From Hydrolagus affinis (Eukaryota), in contig JAAILG010000621.1 of NCBI GenBank assembly GCA_012026655.1, forward strand, positions 1 through 64,000: a stretch of DNA of 64,000 nt, given 5' to 3'. Every line of letters begins with the position of its first letter. The stretch's first letter is position 1. Shown here piece after piece: positions 51,801 to 64,000 of this stretch. The notes beneath the pieces were generated by a model. That model did not search any database. It was not told where the DNA came from and saw nothing but the letters and a program-made list of their open reading frames with translations. The position numbers and the translations under genes were made by a program.

Positions 51801-52789
51801 AGTTTAAATAGAGAATCTTGGAAAATAATCATTTGTTCTGAATTAACTTTCAATACTTAGGTTGGTCATAGTACAATAATGCAATGAGTTATTATTTGTA
51901 TCAGGAAATTGCTATGAAATTACAATACAATCATACCAGTCTGTTCTGAGCAAATCTAGAGCCCTTTCCTAACTTCCATCCAGATTTTCAGTTCTGTGTC
52001 TGTCAATATTCAGATTATCATCTGTTAGGTCCGTAAAAAAAAACTATGAAACTTCCTGAATGAACTCTTTAATTAGTTGTAAATGCAGTATTCTCCTTTG
52101 TACTTTTGTTTTACAATCTTATTTAGTCTGGCAACTAAAGTGTAACTCGCAATCTGCTAATATTTTCCACTTTCTGAATTAGATTAGATGACGTCGGTGG
52201 AGACTACTACAGTCTGGTAGCATCATTCCTCTCCAAAGGTTAATTGTTAGACCCTGAGCTGCCTACTATAATAGCTGATAGGAAGGAAACGGTGTAGCTT
52301 TCATACTGGTGGGCCTGTGGGCTGCTTGTGTCGTTGTTGTTGAGCTGTTATCCACATAGTCCGGATGTGTAACAAATACCATCTCTCCAGGTAGATCCAG
52401 CCGATGACCTGAATATTATTATTGGTAGCAATTGCACCAAAGGTATATGACAGTGAATATACTATGTCATGAATAATTTTGCTGTTAGTGGAAACGTGGA
52501 AGTAGATCATTTGCCACAATATGGAAAAGATATGACAGCTGGAACATGATTAGTAACTTTTAGTTTTCCGGTGTTACAGCAATAACAGGGATATGTCCAG
52601 CCAGTGATAAAACACAGTAACATGCCATGATACCATGATCATTGAGAGAGAGGAACATCCAGGGAAATATCTGCCAAGGAAATTGACCTTACGTTAAGAT
52701 AATTTAATTTAAGATGTGAAATAAGATTACTGGTTCTATTATTAGATATAAAAATTAGCAACCAATTTCACCCACAAAATTCAAAGTGA

Positions 52790-52933
52790 CTTCACTTTAC
52801 AGACTGTCTGGTGGTGTGAGACATCCTTCTGACGTGAAAGGCTTTATTTTCATGTAAATAATATTGTATGGATCCTGTGAAGACGTCCTCCTAATGTGAA
52901 AGATGCTGTATCAGTTGCAAAGATTATCGTTAT
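52790..52933 (+). mobile_element. Two tandem L2/SINE-type 3' tails
   Basis: gagacatccttctgacgtgaaagg and gacgtcctcctaatgtgaaagatgctgtatc...gcaaagattat. Confidence 0.6.
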
Positions 52934-54019
52934 ATTTCACGTAGGAAATTAAACGGTGCACTCTTTCTTTAAATCTGTACAGTCATTGTAACACAAAGCA
53001 GACAGCTACTGAGAGCAAAGATGTATGAATCCACCTTTCATTTAATTCATGAAGAAGCAAGGAGTGACAGTAAAAAATGGAGTTTACGTTTTATTATCTG
53101 CCTTCACGCTTGGAGAGAAATGTGAATATTCACTATAATTATCTTGTGATAGTTGGAAGAGAAAAGGATCTGTCCCATAACTGCCTTATATAATATTTAC
53201 AATTATATGTTAATCATAGTGATCACAATTATTTTCATGTTAGGGGTGGCTGTATTTAATAGCAGTTTTCTTCCAATTTCATGAGCATCTTCCTTTCTGA
53301 GTATGAAACCGAAAACAATGTAAACCTTTGTAATGTGCTCCACTGTGGGGAAGAAATCAGCCTTTTGGGTTTAAGGAGGTTCACCCTGCATTTCAGCACC
53401 TCAAAAAAGGACTCAGGAAAAGCGGATGAAAAATAAAAATTTAATATTCATTTTAAATATGCAAGGAAATAATGCAGCCTTCCATTTAAAGTAATATTCT
53501 GAAACAAACCCAGAAATTGTATGCAGTCATGGCAACCATTCTACTGTTTCAGTTATGGAGGCAAATTAACTCATCGAGAACTGTTATGGTATTTTAGTGC
53601 AAGAATAACAACTATAAATTTGGTTTTATTTTACTTTGTTTTGTTTGGAGCACATTATAACCCACACAAAGGTCACTACTTTATTTTTCTGCTGATTATT
53701 TAGCAACTAAAAATGGCAACAGATTATTTTTGCAGATGTTTTATTCCAAAACATCCACTCGGACAATGTTAATAAAAAGCTGCTCTGACATGCTGTCATC
53801 CTAAAAATAGGAAAATTCTTTCAGTCGGTGCAGATGTTGGTGCTGGCAAAGTCTGGCTTGGAAAGAAGGCAAACAGAAAGTACATGCGTGCTTTGCCTGC
53901 AGTGCCAGTTCGCTGTTTGACCACCTGAATAAAGTCTTACTCTACATTTGAGCACCTTTATTAGTATTTCTTACGAAAATGATGTGTTTTTCTGGGGAAT
54001 TTGTTTGGGTTGAACCAAG

Positions 54020-54146
54020 TCCTTCTTCTTTGACCATGCCTACGAGCACTTCCCCCTGGCTCCACATCGCGCTCCGCCACGATCAAGCGCTCTGTGACGC
54101 TACCCTGCATGAGGGGCGCTATATAAATGCAAGTTGTCGTTGTTGG
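54020..54146 (+). mobile_element. L2 3' end
   Basis: aagcgctctgtgacgctaccctgcatgaggggcgctatataaatgcaagttgtcgttgttg. Confidence 0.8.
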
Positions 54147-54497
54147 TGTGCTCCGGTGGGTCCTAGTCTTTGTCCAGCATATGGGGCTCCTGATGGCTCC
54201 ACAGGTTCCCACATATTCACAGTAGCAGAGCTTCCTGGTTGTCTACTACAGGTTCAACAAACAGATTCAGACCTTCCTGCAGTTGGTGGACATGTGTCAG
54301 TGTCAAATCTTAGCCACCGACGTTCACACGTGTAGCCTGCATCAGAATAAGAGAGACGGAGTGCAATCTCCTGCATCGAGTATACCACATCCCACACAAA
54401 TTATTATCTAAGTGTCAATCTGTCCAAACGCTTAAACCTACAAAAGAACAGAATATTGTTATAAATGTTGGAGACGCCACAATTGATATTCTCTGAG

Positions 54498-54790
54498 ACA
54501 ACAACAACAACAACAACAACAACAATATGGATATATACAGCGCCCCCCATGTCAAATGGCATCTCACAGTGCTTCCCAATAATGGATCCCGGGGCTGAGC
54601 CAGTGGGAGGGGGAAGAAGGTGACCTTCTTGTGCAGTCGAAAAGAAAGGTCTTTAGCCGAAACAACCAAGTGGACAGACATCTATGGGACATCTGTAAAT
54701 CTGTGAGTGAGTGAGTGAGTGAGTGACTTCTGCAGATATTGTGGGCACTGAGGCCTAAGAGCATGAGGGCAAGGGTGTGGATGACCTGAA
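54498..54790 (-). mobile_element. L2 3' end with long (CAA)n tail, including a (GTGA)n tract at ~54703-54726
   Basis: (CAA)n at 54498-54525; minus translation FRLKTFLFD is the L2 terminal motif. Confidence 0.8.
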
Positions 54791-56879
54791 CATCTTGATG
54801 CGATAAAAATGCATTGGGGCATATCAATAAAATAACACTCAATAACAGAGCAACCATTACAGTGCCCTGTCTCACCCTTGACTAAGATCCATTCTTTCTG
54901 TTAAATGTTTTGTTTTTTACGTTGCACAGAAGTGACATTTTTTTCCTTTTACTGATACCCCAACAGATTAAAGGAAAGTTTGGAACTGACTCACACTTTA
55001 CATGCCGATCCTCCCACGCTCAAACGTAAGTGGTCGATTCCCTCCTTCCAATCTGGTGCAGTGGAGAATCGCAGCCTCAGCATTAGGCCTTTGACACCAA
55101 ATCTTCTGGGCCAATATAACTAGCATTTACACAGATGTGCCACGGGTTGAGATGGGGGCCAAAACACTGCTTATGTTAAGTCGTTTTGTTTTTTCTCTCT
55201 TGTAAGTCTTTGTGTAGTGCAGAGAGGGAGCAAGTACACTGGCGTTTCTAACACAACACACGGGCAAGTGTGATTAAGCAGCTCTTGAATCACAATCTAT
55301 CCTGTACTATTAATTTTTATGAATATAAATAATACTAAATATGTAGCTGATGTATCTTGACATTTTAAAATATGTTCCTCTGCACACACTAGACCAGGCG
55401 TGGAATGTTCAGTCTTATATCACTGTCGGAATGGTATTAGACCAGATGGTTGATTCATTGTGGAATCAAGAAGCAGGATAATTTATGCAGTGCTGTATTA
55501 TGGCATTCTGTGAATTCAAAGAGTTCACGGCGGGCATACATGTAAAAGCTGCTCCCTTTCTGCAGTCAAACATCAATAAGAAAAGGTTAGAGACTGACTG
55601 AGTATTTATAGCGTGCCCTGAAGGATTTCTCAATGCCTTTCTATTAAATTAGAAACAAAATGATTTGCATTTAATTAACCCATAAAATATCTTTTTGCGC
55701 CATTTAAAGAAACATATGCTGCTTCTGATTCTTTATCTTCTGCGCTGAACATCAGGGATAGGGAACTGAAACCAGAAAATGATAGCAAAGCATATCAGGT
55801 TGATCAACATTTGAAAGACAGATAGCTTGATGTTTTGGAGTAACTGGTCAACTGACCAGATGTTGATAGATCTACTATTTTCTCTCTTTATTGCGGATAT
55901 CTAACATATTTTGTTTGCTGGGGCCCTACTGTTGGTGAAAAAGCATCTGTGTTTTACTTAGCGCTCACTGCAATCCCAGTATTCAGCTGACCATTCTGTA
56001 TATCTAAGCTCATGAAATGTCTCAGTGAATGTCATTGTGGTTTGCGAACAGATCATTTTACACATAACTTAGTTTTGCATATCCACGAAGCACTGTTTGT
56101 CTGCTCCGTTCCTGTGGAACGCTCCAGGATTTCACTGAATGTTGAAAGATGCCACTGATAAATTGACTTGTGTCCATTAGGGACACATCTTATACCGACC
56201 AAAGTGCCAGCAGAATGCTTTTAGGAGAATTATCTCTGTGCAAATAGAAACTAATGATTGCCTTCTGAAAGCTACAAAGGGAAAGGGTTACTTACGTCGT
56301 TAATGAATTAATTGAACGCAGAGATGAAAAGGTAATTTTAATAATTTTAATGCACAATTTAAATTATATGTTCAAAATCACTGCAATGTTGCAAGGTGAA
56401 ATGTATAATGGGTCATTTTATGATCAGCCGAAAATTACTGTATTCATTTTCATTTTGTCTTTGTTCATTTTTTTCCCCCAGGTTCCTCTGGAAATGCCCT
56501 CTGGCTGTTCTGTGAGAGGGTTTCTGTCTGACGAGGAGAATCGTTCATATGCAGAAAGCATCATTGGCATAATATGCTGTGGAAATTTCGGCTCCGTGTG
56601 AAATGAGTTCCCCAGATTGCACCAGTCTGATGGTTTTGATTCGAACACTTGCAATACAAGGTCCTTTCTGGAAGACCATTACCATTCAAGTATGATGTGG
56701 AATGAATGCAAATCATAGATGTCAGAGGAAAAATACAGCAGCAGCTATAAAGATATAAAGATCACGCATTTGCTGTTTGTGCTTTCATGGGGTAAAGAGT
56801 TCAAGACTATTACGGTGTGATATTTTTGCGTATGTCTCGAATTGATTACGCACAATTTGGTTCCAAACTTATTTGGGTC

Positions 56880-56975
56880 ATGGAAGTGCAATACATAAAA
56901 TACATGTAGGGTCGACGCGGGAGATTAATAATCCCCATTCAGTTCAAATCTCGCCACGAGTTGATAATCAGGGTT
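56880..56975 (+). repeat. 96-bp segment duplicated at 58821-58916
   Basis: Identical except for one substitution (atccccattc versus atctccattc). Confidence 0.95.
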
Positions 56976-58634
56976 CCTCGCGCACGGCATTTCACCACTT
57001 GTTAAGCAGAACCCTTGGTGGCGGTGGAGCACTCCATCTCTGAAAGGAGGAAAAACTGACAGGAACCATCCCATACATCAGAGGTGCACCTCCTGTCAGC
57101 TGCTCATAGTGTGGCACTGAGGGTGATCATGAAAATGTCTGCAACCTAGACTGGTCCACCGAAGGAGGAAGTCTGCTAGTGGGTGGTGGCAGTGCGAGCC
57201 TGTAGGGGGTAAAATGGGGGGGGAAGTATAATGCCGTGCAAAGACCCCATTATTAAGAAAAAGTACTGTTTCACATTTAAAATAACAAGACAGTTTAAGG
57301 GAGTTAGGGGACTTAAGTATGACATATAGACTGCCTAGACTGGTAGATACTGAATAATGAGGTGTAAAACTGACCTGTTTGGAAGGACAATTAACAAATT
57401 CGCATTTGGAAACGAGAGAATTGGGACCATTAATCTGCTGCTGAAGTGTACGTTGTGAGTACAAACTAAAAGCAATACAGTTAAATACTGTATAATTGAG
57501 AAGGGTTCTTATAAATGTAACAAAACAGGTTCCCTCAGAAATGAATTGGGAAGGAATGCTGGGTTCCGGAGCGATACTAACAGTAAATTCAAGTAGGTGA
57601 GCAAATGCTGAATGGAAGGATTAAAACAAGCACATTGCCTCGAATGTTTAAAAAGAAATAAAGTAATGAATGGTTGAGTATTACAGAGAAGAGTAAATTG
57701 CATCTGTTTTGTGTTCAAAAGAGAATAGTGAAGGCAGATCTTATACTGAGTGGGAGAAAGTACTTCTCTTCTCAAAAGTTCACTATATTTAAACACATAA
57801 TTTTTTACATGCATTTCAATAACAGTTCTGACTTGCAATACCTCTTGCGTTAAATCCTACTGATTAAACCATATTAAAGAACCTTAGACTTTGAAAAGAA
57901 TTCCTTGTTCCCATAAATTAGGATTAATAGACCAAGCCTAGAATATGTCCATTTCTATTAAATCCCGAGGTGCTCTGTTTTCAGGTTTAAATAAATATTA
58001 ATTGTCTGAGATGTACTTAAATATGAAAGAGGAAGTTATTCACCCTTTGAGTGTGCTTCCCATGCAATCACCCTTCCTTGTGAGCTGTGCCTCCCTGCTA
58101 CAGCTGTGTTCAGTCAAGTGAGACTTTAATTTGCTGCACAGTGCCACAGTATTAATAGACAATTATTTATAGCAAACGTGGTCCATTTATACTCTTATTA
58201 GCTGACATGGTTGAGAATTCAGATCCAAATGTTAATGTATTCATGACACTGCAGAATTTCATTTTGCACCAGATTTCAAAATTGGCCTAGATTTCTGCAG
58301 GAAAATGTGTGTGGGGGTGGGTATGGGGGCCAATGGATATTATTGTTTTAAAATGGTTCCTCTCTACCCACTGGTGAATCTTGACATATTACAACGAAAC
58401 CATAAATGAAACAGGAATGACTGGAAGCACTTCTGAGATCAAAGCTTAAATATGTTAAAGTAATCCCAATGTACTTATGTACTGTGATTCTCTGCATTTG
58501 GGCAGCTCTTTGTTCGCTTCACAGTTTTGGGAGATAATACTACATTTTAAAGGAAAAGCTACACAAAAAAAAATCAACTGAGGGCTGTAAAATCACTTTA
58601 TTCCCGGGCTCTGTGAAACTGCCTTAATGAAGAA

Positions 58635-59033
58635 AATAATATTAATAATAATAATAATCCTTGCATTTAATGTAGCTCTTTTCACATTTTCTAGACATCT
58701 CAAAGCGCTTCACAGAATATACTGTAATTACTTTGTGGGCAAAAAGCGGCAGCCAATTGCGCACAGCAATGTCCCACAAACAGTCGTGGATTGAAATGAC
58801 CAATTTTTTTTGGAGGGATTATGGAAGTGCAATACATAAAATACATGTAGGGTCGACGCGGGAGATTAATAATCTCCATTCAGTTCAAATCTCGCCACGA
58901 GTTGATAATCAGGGTTGATAATTAGTCATGTGGAAGAAGTAAAATTGCCCACAGTTTTGCCCTGACCTGCTTGTATTGAACCCAGGTCTTCCGCTTGTAA
59001 GGTGAGTGCTCTAACCACTGAGCTACAGGATCC
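58635..59033 (-). mobile_element. Young tRNA-derived SINE carrying a 96-bp foreign insert at 58821-58916
   Basis: Family sequence on both sides; other copies read gagggattattattaggcatgtgg across this position. Confidence 0.93.
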
Positions 59034-59619
59034 TCTATTCAAAAGTATAAATTCTAATGGTTAGGATTAATTACTGAATGTACTATTTTGCAAGTGCCTG
59101 ATGCAGACTGGGAAGTGCTACAATGACTGAAGCACAATCCTGCACAAACATTAAGGAGCGACACACCACTTCTGTAAAGCCAGCTTAACTGGAGGATTGT
59201 TTGCCATTGGATCCATTCACATATCGAATAAACAGTTCACTGAAACCACTAAATCTACTCTAATAATCATGGATATTAGGGAGTATGATAAATGTTCATT
59301 GTGGTAGACTCAAAAGAAGCTTTTCAGACACTGGAAAAAAGAAAGCCAAGTTACAATTTGATTTATTTTGTTATCAAATTAAATTGATAACATGTCAGTA
59401 AGTGTAGAATTGAATCTTAGCAATTTAAAATGTATTGAAGGTTTGTGTTGTATGGCAATAGCTGTGAACTTGGCCTGAATATTTTGAAATAATTTAACAT
59501 CCCAATGACCTGATTTTGAAAGGTGGAAATATAATATGCTCCCATGGCGTTCTCCAGCACGTACCTGGGACAACCACCAGTTTTATTAGCTTGTTTTGTT
59601 AGCATTTCACAGCATTTTT

Positions 59620-59735
59620 ATTTTGAATTATGCTTAAATCGAGTCTTAATTTGGAGGCTGGTTTCCTGTTAAATCTTCGTTGACTGAAACATAAAGAAGA
59701 AAATCAAAGACTGATTCCAGGTGGAATTTCTGCAC
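59620..59735 (-). mobile_element. Partial relative of the 49051 MITE-like element
   Basis: ccaggtggaatttc is the reverse complement of the TIR core; gtcttaatttgg is the reverse complement of ccaaattaagac near 49185. Confidence 0.5.
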
Positions 59736-60671
59736 AGAAATGCAAAGTCAATATTGATTTAATTTTGTTGGTGCTTTACCATGCTGTGCTGGGTATGGAT
59801 ATATGCAGCAAGCAATGAATAACTTTCTCTTTCACAAATATAGTCCCTGATCTCATTCCGTAACACCCACGGCTAACAACAAACCATATCAATATCATGG
59901 AATCTGCACACTCTGAGATGCTCAAAAATTGCCTTGTTGGACATACAGAACTCCGGTTAGTGTGTGTAATACACCCTGCTGAGAACTGGCAGCCCTACTA
60001 GGACTACTTCAATACACTGGTACAGGATACCCCACAGCTCTGGATCCAGCCGTCAATACTCAGTACAAACATGGCACTGATTTCATTATCCATATAAACC
60101 AATGGGGAGCAATAAATGTGTTTGGAATTCGATTGCATTTCCTTTCTTGGCTCCCACAGTAACACACATACGCAGCTGCGTCAAAGACGGGTGTTTGCAC
60201 TCCAGTGCCAGCAATAATATTAGAATAAAGCTTGAATTCATCTGCATTTTTCGTCACTTTTCAAAAAAAAATTAGTTGACCAGGAGTCTGACACACGCGT
60301 AGACCTCATGCCGTGCTCAAGAATCTCTCATCCTTGCAGCCGAGAACCCATAAAAGCAAAAAATTCTGTTATGTTAGTTTTGGCGAGCACATTCTCTCTC
60401 CTTGGGGACTGAGCAATATACACTACCCTACACTTTGATCAGAGAATACAAGTACAGAAGCAAAAGCATTTAGGGATGTCAGAATGTACATTGTGGTACT
60501 GCTGAAATGGAACCAACTGATATTGCACGTTGGTGCAAGGCACTGACAGCCTTCCTTTGCTGCAAGGCCCTGACAACTTAACTTTGTTCAGTGAGGACCA
60601 TCTCACCTATTAAGACACTGATTTACAGGATTATCAAAGTGGCAAGAATTCAGTCTTCCACTTTGCATATC

Positions 60672-60750
60672 TCATAGAATCATAGAATTACCACAAGGAG
60701 GCCGTACGGCCCATCGTGTCTTTGAAAAGAGCTGTCCAAATCCGTCCCTC
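60672..60750 (-). mobile_element. CR1 3' end
   Basis: tcatagaatcatagaa...aggaggccgtacggcccatcgtg...ctttgaaaagagct. Confidence 0.75.
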
Positions 60751-61107
60751 TAGTTTAAAAAAAAGTTTGATAGTTTGATGAACCATCAATAATACGCTGA
60801 AATACTACATGCAGCCATTAGTTCACCAAGTCCACATCTGGCCAACAAACAGCAGCCAAGGCTGCAGTACTCCAGCTGTTGCTCAGCAGACGTTTGACAT
60901 GTGCCAATCTGAGTTCTTGTTAGATGGTTAGCTGGCATGTAGCATTAAGTCTATCAGTGCATTAGCAGCCACTCTGCAGATCATAACCAGGAAACAGTCT
61001 TATGTCCAGACGGTAAAATAATGACTGTATACCAGTGGGAATCTTGACATTCTGGACATCGAATATCATGTACCAGCTTTACCACATATTAACTGCATAA
61101 AAAGATC

Positions 61108-61120
61108 ATTATTATTATTA

Positions 61121-61151
<31 letters not shown>
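61108..61151 (+). repeat. (ATT)n microsatellite
   Basis: Direct read; it explains the poly-Leu ORF start. Confidence 0.95.
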
Positions 61152-62669
61152 CCACGGTCATTAGATTACTCCACTGGTTATGCACCATGTGTCAAAATGT
61201 TGATGACTTTGCGGCAGTTTTGTATAAAATAGTTTCATTTCATAAATATTTGTCTGGTCAAAAGTGCAACTTTCCAGTCAATCATTTTAAGGGATGTATC
61301 TGTCTGTGCTTGTTTCTCTCAAGAGGCCAACAAAGTACTCACAAAGGTGTAATAAAATAAATAAAGAATGGACAGCCATGGGTCACTATTATTGGGTACT
61401 TCAGTACCAATAAAATTTGTCAGGAAAGGCTTTGGGATTTTCTCTCCATTCACATATCTTAATATCTTTGTTCTGGCCACTCTTTGCTATGTTTCTGTGC
61501 CCTATTGTCCCTTGTAAAGGTTTTCAAGGTGACTTTCCTACGTAAAACACATAATATGAATGCAAGTTGTTGTTTTTATTACAGTAATTTTACAGCAAAG
61601 TGAATAGGTTTATTTTCAGCCCTGGTACTATGCTGGAGTCCCTAACCCTTCTTGCAACCCCTATTCTTCAAATGAATTACCTGGCATGACCTTATTCAGA
61701 TATTCATTGGAATATATTTCACATAATGTTTATTATCTTAAAAACAACATATTAACAAAGAGATTTATCCCAATCTATGGGAATACGATAAATCTTGGAA
61801 TAAAATTTTGTGTGCTTTTTAACCCATTCCTTGTGTTATTAATACAAGTAATGGTTATAATTACAGTACAGATTTTATGTCCTTATCTCCGTACCCCCTT
61901 TGGAATTATGCCAAAGTGTCATTTAAAGTATGTACTTCTATTTCCTTTGTAAACAACTCCTATAGAAGTTATTATTTCCTGTTAATCCTGACAATACACT
62001 TTTTGAATCCTTAAAAGATGATGATGAAAAAAAAATGTTGCAGGCTGCCACAGTCACTCAACAATCACATCTTTCTGCTGTTCCACCTAATTCTGGCAAG
62101 TAAAGCAGTACATTACACTATTCTGGCAGATTCCCATTAAAAATAATAAGGTCAAAAGGTGGGCTGTGAAAACCTGAGCCACCCAGAGAGTCCACACGAG
62201 GCGCTTAAATAACATATTCGTGTTACGGGTTGTTAAACAAGCCAAAAAATCTTAGTCACATCCAGGCACATGAATGTGACCCATCTTGTCATAATCTGCC
62301 ATTCCTTAGAAGGGAGCAGTGTAGGTCATGCTGTTAATGACTGCCATTGTCTTCACTTTGTGTCCATCCAGTTACCCTTTTCAACAGAAATGGAAACTGG
62401 ACTCATTCTCCCCTTTCCTCATCCACGTTCGCCCACAAAATACACAGTCACTCCGGTTTACCGTGTATCCTGAGAAGTGCTCTGAAAAGTCTCGACAGTA
62501 TGATAAGCTGCTATTTTGAATTGCAAGGTTTGTTATTATCAGGTTAGCTGCAGTGCCTCTGCGATAACCTGATAGCTCAGCCCAGATCATGGAACTTAAT
62601 GTCAGATAAGTTGTTCCCATGAGTTGGCATAATCTCAGCCTCCAGCTCAGAACCAAATCCCTGATTGCC

Positions 62670-62730
62670 CAGCAACTTGGGATATTGTGCTGACATGAAA
62701 GGCACTATACAAATATACTTGTTGTTTGTT
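62670..62730 (+). mobile_element. L2 extreme 3' end
   Basis: ttgggatattgtgctgacatgaaaggcactatacaaat...ttgttgttt. Confidence 0.6.
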
Positions 62731-62734
62731 ACTG

Positions 62735-63055
62735 TTGTGATCTAACTGATCTCGATTCAAGGAGTGCCTGGGATGCTGCAGTTGGTCTCAGTGCCCAGAT
62801 TAGGAGAAAGAAAATGAGCCCAATGTCCTGATCCATATCCAGTTACCCGCCTCCCCCACCTAAAACCCCTCCTTGCTGTATATGCCTATGTAGGGACAAG
62901 GACAGGATAGGATTCAGGGATAATTTCACCAACCCACCCAACCCACATGGATCCAAAAAGCTCACCGACATTCAGAGTCAGAAATCACACATGATCAATG
63001 CCAATGGACATGTTATCACCTTCTGTCGCACCATATCCTCTTCAAAGGAAATATA
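62735..63055 (+). mobile_element. LF-SINE-like element
   Basis: taactgatctc...cagttggtctcagtgccc...ggagaaagaaaatgagcc...cctgatccatatccagttaccc...aggacaggataggattcag...cacacatga. Confidence 0.7.
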
Positions 63056-64000
63056 TTGTCTGCTAGCAGTGTCAATCTATTGTACAGTACATTAAGGAAA
63101 AGCACCAAAAAGCACCAATTAATATCTGGATGCTCAGATTTCTATTGTTAAATGTGTGCCCAGTGAAAGTGACCTAGACAGGGTATCCCACAGAATGTCT
63201 GGTACTCACTCGCCCATGATTATTGGGATTTTCTATGGAATCCTTCATCCAGCATCAAAATCAATAGAATAATCTCACAGAAATGTTACTGTGTAGAACT
63301 GTCAGCTGGTGAAGCGCCAGTGGTAGTACAGTTAATGTTATTATCAAACTGGATGGATTGCAGCTTCTGTTTATTAGCTCTCAAAGGACTGACAAGGTCA
63401 GACCACTGGTAACTTAATGGTATCTTTTTTATATATTAATTATATTCGTGTCTGCCATCTTTTCAAAAACGTAGGAGGTGGGGAGAAATGCTGTAAATGA
63501 TGTGATAATTGTTGCTGGTAATAATTATCGCACACTACACTCGGGCTCTCTTAATATTTTAATCAGAGCGCCTGGAGTTTTATGATTGAGCCTGGAACAA
63601 AGAGAAATGTTACACACAAGCAATGTGTATATGTGTGTGATTTTCTGGGGCTGCGTTTGATTTTGAGACTGTGTCACTGGGCAACACATACACATGTCTA
63701 CATCTAGCAACTGGAAGTGCTTTTGCTAGCGGAAGATAGCCATGTTGGGTGGTTTTACTTCATGGGAGTAATCTTCTGAGGCTTTCAGGGTAGAGGATCC
63801 AGCTCTATCAAACAACTTTATGCAAAATAGAATCAATTTTATAAAACTGGCGTCTTTCTGCTTCCCAATGGATGAACATAAGAACATAATAATTCACTGG
63901 AATGAATTTGAAAAAATCTTATTGAAAATATCAGATCAAATATTGGAAATGTACAAGATCAAAAATGCATTTGTATTGCCCAAATCAGGGAAAATTGGAC

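Noticed and set aside
61121-61360. ORF starting with poly-Leu, resembling a signal peptide
   Set aside because: It is an artefact of the (ATT)n microsatellite.
1-64000. CRISPR arrays, operons, defence systems or other prokaryote-type systems
   Set aside because: The sequence is vertebrate-like non-coding DNA with no regularly spaced repeats or gene-dense segment.

Overview
AT-rich, non-coding vertebrate genomic DNA, probably a large intron or gene desert. The repeat content (L2 and CR1 LINE relics, a young tRNA-headed SINE with an L2-type tail, Deu-domain SINEs, many decayed LF-SINE-like copies) suggests a cartilaginous fish such as a chimaera or shark; this is inferred, not proven. I found no intact protein-coding gene. 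The only ORFs with recognisable homology are pieces of L2/CR1 reverse transcriptase or endonuclease. I found no convincing new biological system. The best sequence-level observations are a 96-bp near-exact local copy inserted inside a young SINE (56880-56975 copied to 58821-58916), an LF-SINE split in three by nested L2 and SINE insertions, a duplicated ~82-bp hairpin unit, a small TIR-bounded element with relatives in the window, a promoter-like motif cluster (ACTACAATTCCC, GC box, RFX X-box, ETS), and several isolated exon-like segments with strong splice signals. Repeat family names come from my recall of consensus sequences, and boundaries were read by eye.
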